Shown here one piece after another: positions 1 to 9,468 of a stretch of 64,000 nt of DNA. The translations under genes were made by a program, and so were the position numbers. The notes under the pieces were generated by a model that was not told where the DNA came from, ran no database searches, and worked only from the letters and a program-made list of their open reading frames with translations. Within the stretch, counting starts at the first letter, position 1; every line of letters begins with the position of its first letter. This DNA is from an uncultured Pelagibacteraceae bacterium (GTDB lineage Bacteria > Pseudomonadota > Alphaproteobacteria > Pelagibacterales > Pelagibacteraceae): the NCBI GenBank assembly GCA_902534465.1, contig CACAPU010000004.1, forward strand, positions 16,403 to 80,402, read 5' to 3'.

Positions 1-220
1 TTGTTCTTTTATTTAATTCGTTTAGACCAGTCACATGATCAGCATGAATATGAGTGTCTATTACCTTCACTAGTTTTAAATCTAAATCCTTTAAAACTTT
101 TATATATTGATCAGTATGCTCAATAACTGGATCTATGATTAAAGCCTCTCTGCCTTTTCCACTAGAAATAATGTATGTATAAGTTGAGGATTTTTCGTCA
201 AACAATTGATTAAATATCAT
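1..220 (-). CDS. MBL-fold persulfide dioxygenase (ETHE1/PDO-like); only the 5' part is in the window
   Basis: Manual translation MIFNQLFDEKSSTYTYIISSGKGREALIIDPV...DTHIHADHVTG; ETHE1-type N-terminus and THxHxDH motif; runs off the left edge. Confidence 0.85.
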   Translation of the reverse strand, partial: MIFNQLFDEKSSTYTYIISSGKGREALIIDPVIEHTDQYIKVLKDLDLKLVKVIDTHIHADHVTGLNELNKRT

Positions 221-298
221 ATTAAAAGATTATTAAAATTTGCATACCAAATCAATCTTCATTATAATTATTCTAAATAATAACTAAGGAGAGACTAA

Positions 299-958
299 AT
301 GTTAAAAATAAACAGTATGTGTCCTGATTTTCAATGCAAAACTACTGAAGGAGATATCTCTTTTCATGAGTGGCTTGGAGATAGTTGGGGCGTTTTATTT
401 TCTCACCCAAAAGATTTTACACCAGTTTGTACAACAGAATTAGGTTCATTAGGACAAATGAAAGCTGAGTTTGATGCAAGAAATGTAAAAGTTATTGGAC
501 TAAGTGTTGATGGGGTAGAGGATCATAAAAAATGGTTAAATGATATTAAAGATGTATCTGGAACAATGCCTGATTATCCTATAATCGCTGACGAAGATTT
601 AAAAGTTGCAAAACTTTTCAATATGTTAGAAGCGGATGCAGGAACAACTTCAATGGGACGAACAGCAGTTGATAATGAAACTGTTAGAACTATTTTTGTT
701 GTAAGACCAGATAAAAGAATTGGTCTATATTTAACTTATCCTATGGCAACAGGTAGAAATTTCCATGAAATTTTAAGAGCCATAGACTCTATGCAGCTGA
801 CTGCAAAACATAAAGTTGCAACACCAGCTAACTGGAAAAAAGGTGAAGATGTGGTTATTCTTCCAGCAGTTAAAGATGAAGAGGCTAAGAAAATTTATCC
901 AGATGGTTGGGAAACAGTTAAACCATATTTAAGAAAAGTACCCGACCCTTCAAAATAA
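299..958 (+). CDS. 1-Cys peroxiredoxin (Prx6 family)
   Basis: FSHPKDFTPVCTTE motif, GRNFHEILR, ATPANW; SD AAGGAG upstream. Confidence 0.93.
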   Translation: MLKINSMCPDFQCKTTEGDISFHEWLGDSWGVLFSHPKDFTPVCTTELGSLGQMKAEFDARNVKVIGLSVDGVEDHKKWLNDIKDVSGTMPDYPIIADEDLKVAKLFNMLEADAGTTSMGRTAVDNETVRTIFVVRPDKRIGLYLTYPMATGRNFHEILRAIDSMQLTAKHKVATPANWKKGEDVVILPAVKDEEAKKIYPDGWETVKPYLRKVPDPSK

Positions 959-1012
959 AGGGTTAAAAAAATACAATAAACTCAGTTTTAGTTAATAAAT
1001 ACTGAAACTGGG

Positions 1013-1720
1013 TTATTGTTTTTTTAATTTTTTATATTTTTTCATTGAGACATTTGCTACGAGAAGATTTGGATCAACAAATATTTTAGATTGTTTGATT
1101 TTTTTAAAAGATTTGTAAGCAAAAATTGCAATAGGTAACTCCGTACACCCTAAAATGATTTTCTTACATTTGATTTTCATAAGATAATTTACTGCTGGCC
1201 TAATTGCTTTTTCAGCTTCTTTAATTTTACCCATTTTAACAAATTTAATTGATCTATTTACGGATGATTTTTGAAGACTGGAAGCTGGACTTACTAAATT
1301 AAAACTTTTGTCAAAATATCTATTATAAACTTTTGTCTTTAATGTAGCTTCAGTAGATAATATCCCTATTTTAGAATTTTTTTTACAACTTTTTAGAGTA
1401 TCTAAGTATACTTCTTTAGGCATACTAAGAATTGGAATTTTAATTTTTTTACTTAGATCATCATACCAGTAGTGAGCAGTATTGCATGGCATTACAATAA
1501 ATTTGCAACCATTTTTTTGTAATCTCTTACAACCTTCAACCAAAGCATTTAATACATTATAATATTTTTTTATGTTTTCTGGTCGTTTAGGTGTATTAGA
1601 TTTATTGTATAAAACAAACATTGGGTAGTCTTGATCTAGTTTACCTCTGTTTATTTTTGCAAGTTTATTGCAAAAATCTAAACCAGCTTGTGTTCCCATT
1701 CCTCCAAGAATACCAATCAT
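1013..1720 (-). CDS. Asp/Glu racemase family protein (possible cysteate racemase)
   Basis: IGILGGMG, MPCNTAH and LGCTELP two-Cys motifs. Confidence 0.85.
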   Translation of the reverse strand: MIGILGGMGTQAGLDFCNKLAKINRGKLDQDYPMFVLYNKSNTPKRPENIKKYYNVLNALVEGCKRLQKNGCKFIVMPCNTAHYWYDDLSKKIKIPILSMPKEVYLDTLKSCKKNSKIGILSTEATLKTKVYNRYFDKSFNLVSPASSLQKSSVNRSIKFVKMGKIKEAEKAIRPAVNYLMKIKCKKIILGCTELPIAIFAYKSFKKIKQSKIFVDPNLLVANVSMKKYKKLKKQ

Positions 1721-1779
1721 AATATTTTTTGAATTTTGTTTTAAAAGTTACATTATACAACTATATTTTAAAAATAATT

Positions 1780-2538
1780 ATGCAAGAAATTTATACAGAT
1801 GATATTGGATCAGGATTTCCACTGATTTTAGTACATGGATACCTTGGGTCTTCAGAAATGTGGAAATTTCAAAAAGATTATTTATGTAAAAATTTTAGAG
1901 TTATTTCTCCAGCTTTACCAGGGTTTGGCGAAAGTCATAAAGCAAAATCTTTTAACAGCATAAACTTAATGGCAAAATTCATTATTAATGAAATTGATAA
2001 AAAGGAAATAGAAAAATTTAATTTAATGGGTCACTCAATGGGAGGAATGATAGTACAAGAAATTGCAAAATTATGTGGAGAAAGAATAAATAAATTAATT
2101 TGTTTTGCTACCGGACCTATTGGTGATATTCCAGGCAGGTTTGAACCCATAAATACCTCTATTAAAAAACTTCGAGAAGAGGGGATAAAAGAACAAGTAA
2201 AAAGAATACCACCAAAATGGTTTGTCGATGGAGATAAAGATAAAAATTATTATTTGTGTGAGAATGCAGTCAAACACATAACTGAAGAAACTGCTCATAA
2301 TGCACTAGTTGCAATGAGAGACTGGAATGGACTAGAAAATTTAAAAGAAATTAAAAATGAAACCCTAGTAATTTGGGGTGACAAGGATAGATCTTATAAT
2401 TTTGATCAAGTTTCTTTGCTGAATAATAATATTCCAAATTGTAAAATAGAAATATTTAAAAATTGCTGTCATAACGTACATCTTGAGAAGCCAGAAAAGT
2501 TTAATAAAACTGTGCAGAATTTTTTGAATAATACTTGA
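1780..2538 (+). CDS. alpha/beta hydrolase
   Basis: VHGYLGS, GHSMGG nucleophile elbow, C-terminal His (CHNVHLE); likely ATG at 1780. Confidence 0.85.
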   Translation: MQEIYTDDIGSGFPLILVHGYLGSSEMWKFQKDYLCKNFRVISPALPGFGESHKAKSFNSINLMAKFIINEIDKKEIEKFNLMGHSMGGMIVQEIAKLCGERINKLICFATGPIGDIPGRFEPINTSIKKLREEGIKEQVKRIPPKWFVDGDKDKNYYLCENAVKHITEETAHNALVAMRDWNGLENLKEIKNETLVIWGDKDRSYNFDQVSLLNNNIPNCKIEIFKNCCHNVHLEKPEKFNKTVQNFLNNT

Positions 2539-2652
2539 TCATTTTAGGTTTTTGCATATCTGAATTAACATTTTTCAATACTGTAATCATTGACTCTAAA
2601 ATTAAAAAAAAGTTTAATTTAGGTTTATAAATTAAATAAACCTGAGGAAAAT

Positions 2653-3615
2653 ATGAATATAATTAAGAAGATACTTGTTGCTGGGGTAATTTCACTATTT
2701 CTACCAGCTTCAAGTTTTGCAGAAAAAGTAAAAATTGGTGATCCAGGATGGACTGGTGCTACTGCAATTGCAAATTTACTTGCAGCAGTTGTTATAGATA
2801 AAATGGGTGGTGAAGCAGAATTAGTTCCAGGAAATAATACTGCTATCTATGGAGCAATTGATAGAAGTAAAGGTGAGATTGAAGTACATCCTGATATATG
2901 GCTTCCAAACCAAGAAGCATACACAAATGATCTAGTACCAAAAGGAACTCTAAAATTAAGTAAAAATCCTTACGAGGGTAACCAAGGATATTGTGTATCT
3001 CAACAATTTGCAAAAAAAATGAATATCACTGCAATAGAAGATTTAGGTAGACCAGAAGTTGTCAAAGCAATGGATAGTGATGGAAATGGCAAAGGTGAAT
3101 TTTGGATTGGTGCAGATGGATGGGCTTCAGCAAATGTTAACCAAGTTAAATTAAGAGACTATAAATTATATGATGCTGGAATTGAACCTATTAGGGCTGC
3201 AGAAGCAGTGAAAAATGCTAGAGTTCTTGACTCTATTAAAAAAGGTGAGGGTTATGCATTTTATTGTTACAAACCACATGCAATTTGGGGAATGGCAGAC
3301 GTAGTTATGCTTGAAGAACCAGCATATGATCCTGCGAAATATAAAATGATCCAACCAAAAGCTGACGCTGACTGGTATCAAAAATCATATGTTGCTTCAA
3401 AGGATGCTTTGAAACAAATTCAAATTGGATGGGGTACATCTCTAGAGAGTAAATCTCCAGCAATTGTAGAATTTTTCAAAAACTTCCAAATAACAGCAGA
3501 TGATGTTTCTTGGATGGCGTATGAAGTTTCTGTGCAAAAAAGAGATCCAGGAGAAGTTGCTAGAGATTGGATGTCTAAAAATAAATCAACAGTTGATGGC
3601 TGGTTAGGTTTATAA
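2653..3615 (+). CDS. proX: Glycine betaine/DMSP-type ABC transporter substrate-binding protein
   Basis: Signal peptide, OpuAC/ProX motifs (DIWLPN, GWAS, final VDGWLGL); first gene of a ProXVW-like operon; family-level name only. Confidence 0.85.
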   Translation: MNIIKKILVAGVISLFLPASSFAEKVKIGDPGWTGATAIANLLAAVVIDKMGGEAELVPGNNTAIYGAIDRSKGEIEVHPDIWLPNQEAYTNDLVPKGTLKLSKNPYEGNQGYCVSQQFAKKMNITAIEDLGRPEVVKAMDSDGNGKGEFWIGADGWASANVNQVKLRDYKLYDAGIEPIRAAEAVKNARVLDSIKKGEGYAFYCYKPHAIWGMADVVMLEEPAYDPAKYKMIQPKADADWYQKSYVASKDALKQIQIGWGTSLESKSPAIVEFFKNFQITADDVSWMAYEVSVQKRDPGEVARDWMSKNKSTVDGWLGL

Positions 3616-3636
3616 TTTAGTTAATAAAAATTAATT

Positions 3637-3663
3637 TACCTGGCGACCATTGGTTGCCAGGTA
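3637..3663 (+). terminator. Stem-loop after the binding-protein gene
   Basis: TACCTGGCGACC...GGTTGCCAGGTA inverted repeat followed by a weak T-run. Confidence 0.7.
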
Positions 3664-3696
3664 TCATTTTCACTTATTTTAAGTTAAAATATTTTC

Positions 3697-4749
3697 ATGG
3701 AAGCAGCTATACAAATTCAAAATGTCTGGAAAATATTTGGCAACACATCACAAGACGCCTTAGATGCAATCCAAAATAAAAAAATTTCAAAACAAGAAGC
3801 ATTGGAGAAATATAATTCTGTAATTGGTGTTTCGGATGTTTCATTTGATGTTAAGAAGGGTGAAATATTTTGCGTAATGGGTTTATCTGGAAGTGGGAAA
3901 TCAACACTTGTTAGACATATAAATAGATTATTAGAGCCAACATCTGGAAAAATATTAATAAACAATCAGGATGTAATGCAATTCAATAAGGAAAACCTTC
4001 AAGAATTAAGAAACAAAAAGATCGGTATGGTTTTTCAAAATTTTGCATTAATGCCTCACAGGTCAGTTTTAGATAATATAGCTATGCCTTTGGAGATTAG
4101 AGGTGTTAGCAAAAATGATAGGTTAGATGCTGCAAATAAAATTTTAAACATTGTTGAATTACAAGGATGGGGAAATAAATATGCTCATGAATTATCTGGA
4201 GGAATGCAGCAAAGAGTAGGTCTAGCTAGAGCATTAGCAGCAGATCCAGAATTTCTTTTAATGGATGAACCTTTCAGTGCTTTAGACCCTTTAATTAGAC
4301 GACAACTTCAGAGTGAATTTATAAAACTTTCAAAGCAAATGAAAAAAACAACAGTATTTATAACTCATGATTTAGATGAAGCTGTAAGAGTAGGGCACAG
4401 AATAGCTATAATGAGAGATGGAGAGGTAGTACAAATTGGAACACCAGAGGAAATAGTAGTAAATCCATCTGATGAATATGTTGCAGATTTTGTAAAAGGA
4501 ATTTCAAGATTAAAAGTCGTTCAGGCTAAGACAATTATGCAATCTATCATAGAATATAAGAAAACTTTTGGAGATAATGTAAGCAATAATGAAAGAGTTA
4601 ATGAAAACGACATATTAAGCAAACTTATTGAAACGTCAGTATCAGAAGATAAACCAATAATAGTTACAAATAATGACAACTTAGAAGTTGGTATAATTAC
4701 ACAATCAGATTTGCTGAAAGCAGTTGTTGAGGGGAATGATAGTGAGTAA
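3697..4749 (+). CDS. proV: Quaternary amine ABC transporter ATPase
   Basis: GLSGSGKS, LSGGMQQRVG, MDEPFSALDPLIR; degenerate C-terminal CBS-like region. Confidence 0.9.
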   Translation: MEAAIQIQNVWKIFGNTSQDALDAIQNKKISKQEALEKYNSVIGVSDVSFDVKKGEIFCVMGLSGSGKSTLVRHINRLLEPTSGKILINNQDVMQFNKENLQELRNKKIGMVFQNFALMPHRSVLDNIAMPLEIRGVSKNDRLDAANKILNIVELQGWGNKYAHELSGGMQQRVGLARALAADPEFLLMDEPFSALDPLIRRQLQSEFIKLSKQMKKTTVFITHDLDEAVRVGHRIAIMRDGEVVQIGTPEEIVVNPSDEYVADFVKGISRLKVVQAKTIMQSIIEYKKTFGDNVSNNERVNENDILSKLIETSVSEDKPIIVTNNDNLEVGIITQSDLLKAVVEGNDSE

Positions 4750-6244
4750 AGAAATTAAAAATTTATCTAGATCTGAATTAATTAAAAATTTTGTTATTTC
4801 TAATCCAGATTACTACATTGACGAATTTAAAAAAATTGGAAGCAAACCCTCCTATTCTTTTTCTTTTAATTTATTTGCCGCATTATTTGGCCCAATGTGG
4901 TTTGGATTAAGAAATATTTGGAATTATGCGTTAGCATTTTTAATAATCGAAACATTTGCTGTTGTTCAAATAATTAGAGGTCTATTTGGAAACATTACTA
5001 AAGATGCCTTAGAAAAAATTGATAAAATTCAATCAACTATCGATTTTAGATACAAACAATTAGAGGCTGCAAAAGAAAGCAACCCAGATAAGGTCGAAGT
5101 ATACGAGAGGGCAATTAAATCACTCGAAGACGCAATGAAGGAATATGTAGTTGATGTTCAGCAAATTGAGGCTTCAGCAATATGGATTACTATTTCAGGA
5201 ATTGTATTATTGATTTTTGTTAAATTTATTCAAGGAATATTAGCAAATACAGTTTTAGAAAAAAGATACTCTGAATGGTTATCAAATAAATCGATTAGTC
5301 CTGGAATGAAAACAAAAAATTATTTATTAAGCATTGGTTTTACTATAATTATAATGTTTTTTTCAGTAATACATTATAGCTTTCCAGGTTTCTTCTCAAT
5401 AATGAATGATTTTCCTACTCATCCAGAAATAAGACTTACATCTATAAAATGGGTTGAAACGATTTTTGATTATGCAGTTATAAAAGGAGATGCAGTATTT
5501 ACTGCAATAACAATTGGAATTAGATCTGTTTTAGACTTTTTAGAACTTTTGTTTGTAAAAACACCTTGGATTGTGATTATAACTACCATTGTAGTTTTAA
5601 CAGCTTTATCAGCAGGCATAAGAACCGCAATATACTCAGCAGGATTTTTAGCTTACATGGGTTTTTTGGGATTTTGGGTTAAAGCAATGACAACACTTGC
5701 TTTACTTGGTACAGCTGCAATTCTAAGTATTGTTATTGGTATACCTTTAGGAATTTATTGTGCAAGACGTCAAAGATTTTATTCGATGATAAGACCAATT
5801 ATGGACTTTATGCAAACGATGCCTGCATTTGTATTTATGATACCTGTTATTGCATTTTTTGGAACAGGTAAGGTTGCAGCAGTAATTATTACAATGATTT
5901 TTGGAGGTACACCAGTTGTAAGACTTACTGTTTTAGGATTAAGGGGTGTTCCTGAAACTATTAGAGAGGCAGCAATAGCTTACGGAGCATCTAAATGGTA
6001 TCTTCTTAGAAAAGTAGATTTGCCACTTGCAACCCCATCAATACTTGCTGGTGTAAATCAAACTGTGATGTTAAGTTTAGCAATGGTTGTTGTAGCCTCA
6101 CTTATAGGAGCAAAAGGTTTAGGCCAAGACGTGCTAGAGGCACTTCAATATGCAAATGTTGGACAAGGAATTTTAGCTGGTGTTGCAATACTATTTGTTG
6201 CTTTAATATTGGACAGAGTAGTTCAAGGTAAGAAAAGAGTATAA
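4736..6244 (+). CDS. proW: Quaternary amine ABC permease with long N-terminal extension
   Basis: C-terminal ProW core (DFMQTMPAFVF, EAAIAYGA, AGVNQTVMLSLAMVV); start ATG 4736 or GTG 4742. Confidence 0.85.
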   Translation: MIVSKEIKNLSRSELIKNFVISNPDYYIDEFKKIGSKPSYSFSFNLFAALFGPMWFGLRNIWNYALAFLIIETFAVVQIIRGLFGNITKDALEKIDKIQSTIDFRYKQLEAAKESNPDKVEVYERAIKSLEDAMKEYVVDVQQIEASAIWITISGIVLLIFVKFIQGILANTVLEKRYSEWLSNKSISPGMKTKNYLLSIGFTIIIMFFSVIHYSFPGFFSIMNDFPTHPEIRLTSIKWVETIFDYAVIKGDAVFTAITIGIRSVLDFLELLFVKTPWIVIITTIVVLTALSAGIRTAIYSAGFLAYMGFLGFWVKAMTTLALLGTAAILSIVIGIPLGIYCARRQRFYSMIRPIMDFMQTMPAFVFMIPVIAFFGTGKVAAVIITMIFGGTPVVRLTVLGLRGVPETIREAAIAYGASKWYLLRKVDLPLATPSILAGVNQTVMLSLAMVVVASLIGAKGLGQDVLEALQYANVGQGILAGVAILFVALILDRVVQGKKRV

Positions 6245-6251
6245 TATCTTA

Positions 6252-7421
6252 ATGAACAAAAATGTATGGTTGCTATTTGCAAGCAACGCATTTGCATTTT
6301 CTGTTGCACCTGTAACTGTATTTTTAAGTGGAATTATTGGAACTAGTATCAGTCCAATTAAGTCTCTTTCAACATTACCAATGTCATTATCAATTGTTGG
6401 TACTGCTATATTTATTATAGCTGCTTCTAAAATAATGAGTATTACCGGAAGAAAAAAAGGATTTATACTTTCGTCAATAACAACGTCATTATTTGCATTA
6501 TTGGCAGCATATTCTGTATTTAAACAAAATTTTATTCTTTATTCGTTTTCTTGTTTTTGTCTCGGATTTGGAATGGCTTTTGCCCATCAGTATCGTTTTG
6601 CTGCAGCTGAGAGCGTTGATAAAGAACTTGCACCAAAGGCTATTTCCTTATTACTTTTTGCGGGGATTTTGTCAGCTTTATTGGGTCCAAACTTAGCAAA
6701 TTTAGGAAAAGATATAATTACAGAAAGTTTATATGTTGGTTCTTATCTCTGTCTATCTTTATTAACTTTATCCTCTGTTATTTTTTTAATTTTTTATAAG
6801 GAAAATAAAGTTATAAATAATAAAAAAACATCAAAGGGTAGAACAATTTTAGAATTGATATCTCAGCCTAGATTTTTGCAAGCTCTTGTATCCTCATCTT
6901 TTGCTTATGCGGTGATGTCATTTTTAATGACAGCTACTCCTATTAGTATGCATGTTCATGATAATATGTCCTTAAATAATACAAGTTTTGTAATTCAATT
7001 ACATATCATAAGCATGTTCCTTCCTGCTTTAGTTACGGGAAATCTAATAAAAAAATATGGACACAGTAAAATAATGTATTTTGGTGTTTTATTTTTCATC
7101 TTTACAATTTTACTTAGTTATTTTGATCAAACAGTAATAAATTATCTTTTTTCATTAATTTTTTTGGGTCTTGGGTGGAACTTTCTGTTTATATCTGGAA
7201 CAAGTTTATTAGTTTTAAACTATAAAGAAGAGGAAAGATTTAGAGCACAAGGTTTTAATGACTTTATAGTTTTTTCAGTTCAAGCTACTGCAAGTTTAAC
7301 AGCAGGTATTGTTTTAAGTTTTACAAGTTGGAAAATAATGAACATATTATGTATCCCATTTTTAATAATAATAGTTTTCACTACTCTGAGGGCTGATAGA
7401 TTATTAGATAAAACCAATTAA
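6252..7421 (+). CDS. MFS transporter
   Basis: About 12 hydrophobic segments; YRFAAAE and GWNFLF motifs. Confidence 0.85.
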   Translation: MNKNVWLLFASNAFAFSVAPVTVFLSGIIGTSISPIKSLSTLPMSLSIVGTAIFIIAASKIMSITGRKKGFILSSITTSLFALLAAYSVFKQNFILYSFSCFCLGFGMAFAHQYRFAAAESVDKELAPKAISLLLFAGILSALLGPNLANLGKDIITESLYVGSYLCLSLLTLSSVIFLIFYKENKVINNKKTSKGRTILELISQPRFLQALVSSSFAYAVMSFLMTATPISMHVHDNMSLNNTSFVIQLHIISMFLPALVTGNLIKKYGHSKIMYFGVLFFIFTILLSYFDQTVINYLFSLIFLGLGWNFLFISGTSLLVLNYKEEERFRAQGFNDFIVFSVQATASLTAGIVLSFTSWKIMNILCIPFLIIIVFTTLRADRLLDKTN

Positions 7422-7486
7422 AGACGTGTCAACTTGTTACACCATATAGTTATTGTTTATTGACTTTAAAAGAATATATCAGCGCT

Positions 7487-7930
7487 ATGACTAAATATAA
7501 TAAATTAACAAGTTCATTTATAATATTAATCAGTATATTTTTTACGAATATAGCTTTAGGTGCGGATGTAACAGTGGAAATGCTTAATAGGCTTGATAAA
7601 GAGTCAAATGTTTTTGAGCCTAAAATAGTAAGAGTTAACCCTGGGGATACAGTTCTTTGGAAGGCAACAGATAAAGGACATAACGTTGAATTCATAAAAA
7701 AAGGTGTACCAGATGGAGTTGGTAAGTTTAAATCAAAGTTTAATAAGGATGTTGAATACAAGTTTGAGGTCCCAGGAATTTATGCTTACTGGTGTACACC
7801 ACACAAAAATATGGGAATGATTGGTTTTGTGGTTGTTGGAGACGACAAATCTAACCTAGATGCTATTAAGAAGTTAAGATTTTCATCAAAGTCTAAGAAA
7901 TTAGCACCAGGTTTAATAGACCAACTATAA
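7487..7930 (+). CDS. Pseudoazurin (type-1 copper protein)
   Basis: Signal peptide; GHNVEF and YWCTPHKNMGM copper ligands; likely ATG at 7487. Confidence 0.9.
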   Translation: MTKYNKLTSSFIILISIFFTNIALGADVTVEMLNRLDKESNVFEPKIVRVNPGDTVLWKATDKGHNVEFIKKGVPDGVGKFKSKFNKDVEYKFEVPGIYAYWCTPHKNMGMIGFVVVGDDKSNLDAIKKLRFSSKSKKLAPGLIDQL

Positions 7931-8587
7931 ATCAGCAAATATTTTTGAGTTAAGACGTTTAACTTTTATAAATGAATCCTTGTACTTCCCGGAGCGGTGA
8001 TAATCGCCCGGGAAGGCAACACATCTTAATTTAGCTTTTTTTGCGTATTTTAAACTAATCTCTGTATCTTCAATTGCTAAACAATCTTTATTTCTAAGTT
8101 TTAATTTTTTTAGGCAATGTAAGTAAATATTAGTTTTATTATTAAAGTTTTTTATAATTTTGTTGTGTCCGATGTAATCAAAATCACTTTTTTTTAAATA
8201 TTTATTTAAAGATATAAATACTGCATCAATATTATTTTTTGTAGTAGAGGTTGCAAAGCCAATTTTAATTTTATTTTTTTTACAATATTTGATTACATTA
8301 ATTACTCCAGCACGTGGTTTCAATTTATTCTTTTTTAAATAATTATTAAAAATTAAAGTTTTTAAATTTCTAATTTTTTTTGCATTAACTAAAGTTTTTT
8401 TTTTAAGACTAAATTTTTTTACCCTTTTTTCCCCACCAGATTTTTTTAACATTGACTGATATAATTTTTTACTCCAATGCCATTTTAATCCTGAAATTTT
8501 AAAAGCTGAATTAAAGCAATTTCTTTGAATATTTGATGTTTCTACTATTGTGCCAATAGAACCAAATAATATGGCTTTGATTGCCAT
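7925..8587 (-). CDS. HAD-IA/CbbY-like protein lacking the DxD motif
   Basis: AILFGSIGTIVETS at the motif I position, ATST, AIEDT; CbbY-like cap (GGEKRV). Confidence 0.75.
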   Translation of the reverse strand: MAIKAILFGSIGTIVETSNIQRNCFNSAFKISGLKWHWSKKLYQSMLKKSGGEKRVKKFSLKKKTLVNAKKIRNLKTLIFNNYLKKNKLKPRAGVINVIKYCKKNKIKIGFATSTTKNNIDAVFISLNKYLKKSDFDYIGHNKIIKNFNNKTNIYLHCLKKLKLRNKDCLAIEDTEISLKYAKKAKLRCVAFPGDYHRSGKYKDSFIKVKRLNSKIFADL

Positions 8588-9468
8588 TACCCTTTAACAG
8601 CACCAGTGGTTAAGCCACTTATTACTTGTCTTTGAAAAAACATGACTAACATAAACAATGGTGCAGTTGCAGACACAACTGCTGAAACAGCCCACATTAA
8701 ATTACCTTCATGCTGATTAGTACCAAGATAACTTTGTATTTTTGGAACCATTGTGTGGTTTTCTTGATTTAATAATAATGCAGTGACTGTAAAGTCGTTG
8801 TAAGCCAACATAAGACTAAACAAACCAGCTGTTATTACTCCAGGCCACATCACTGGCATGATTATATATCTAAATGCTTGAAAATATGAGCAACCATCAA
8901 TTAATGCACTTTCATCTAATTCTTTAGGAACAGTTTTAAAAAAAGAATAAAGTAACCATAAAGTAAATGGTTGATTTATTGCAACTAAAACCACAATTGT
9001 GGTTGGTAAAATCCCCCAAATTTGTAATTCAAAAAATGGAAAAAGATATCCAGATACTAGTGTTATGTGTGGCATTGCTCTAAAAATTAATGCTGCAATT
9101 AGAATCCAAAATGCATATCTTTCAGTAGATCTAGACAAAGCATATGCACCTAAAGTTCCTAAAAAAAGTGATATAGAGACAACAAAAACTGTTACTATAA
9201 TCGTATTTCTTGATGCTTTCCAAAATTCACCTTCAGTCCAAGCTTCAGAATAAGCTTTTGAAGTAAACTGACCACCTGTTTCTAATAAAGTATTAAATGC
9301 TGAGATTGCATACCACCAATCAGCTCTAGAAAAAAAATCTGCTCTTACTTTAAACGATCCCCAAAAAGTCCAAATGAATGGAAAGCATGCAATTAATAAC
9401 CAAATTATTATAAAAGTAGTGTTAAATGTTTTAAGTGCATTTGATCTTTTGTCTAAACCATATTCCAT
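8587..9468 (-). CDS. Carbohydrate (CUT1) ABC permease
   Basis: PKELDESALIDG EAA loop; about 6 TM segments. Confidence 0.9.
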   Translation of the reverse strand: MEYGLDKRSNALKTFNTTFIIIWLLIACFPFIWTFWGSFKVRADFFSRADWWYAISAFNTLLETGGQFTSKAYSEAWTEGEFWKASRNTIIVTVFVVSISLFLGTLGAYALSRSTERYAFWILIAALIFRAMPHITLVSGYLFPFFELQIWGILPTTIVVLVAINQPFTLWLLYSFFKTVPKELDESALIDGCSYFQAFRYIIMPVMWPGVITAGLFSLMLAYNDFTVTALLLNQENHTMVPKIQSYLGTNQHEGNLMWAVSAVVSATAPLFMLVMFFQRQVISGLTTGAVKG

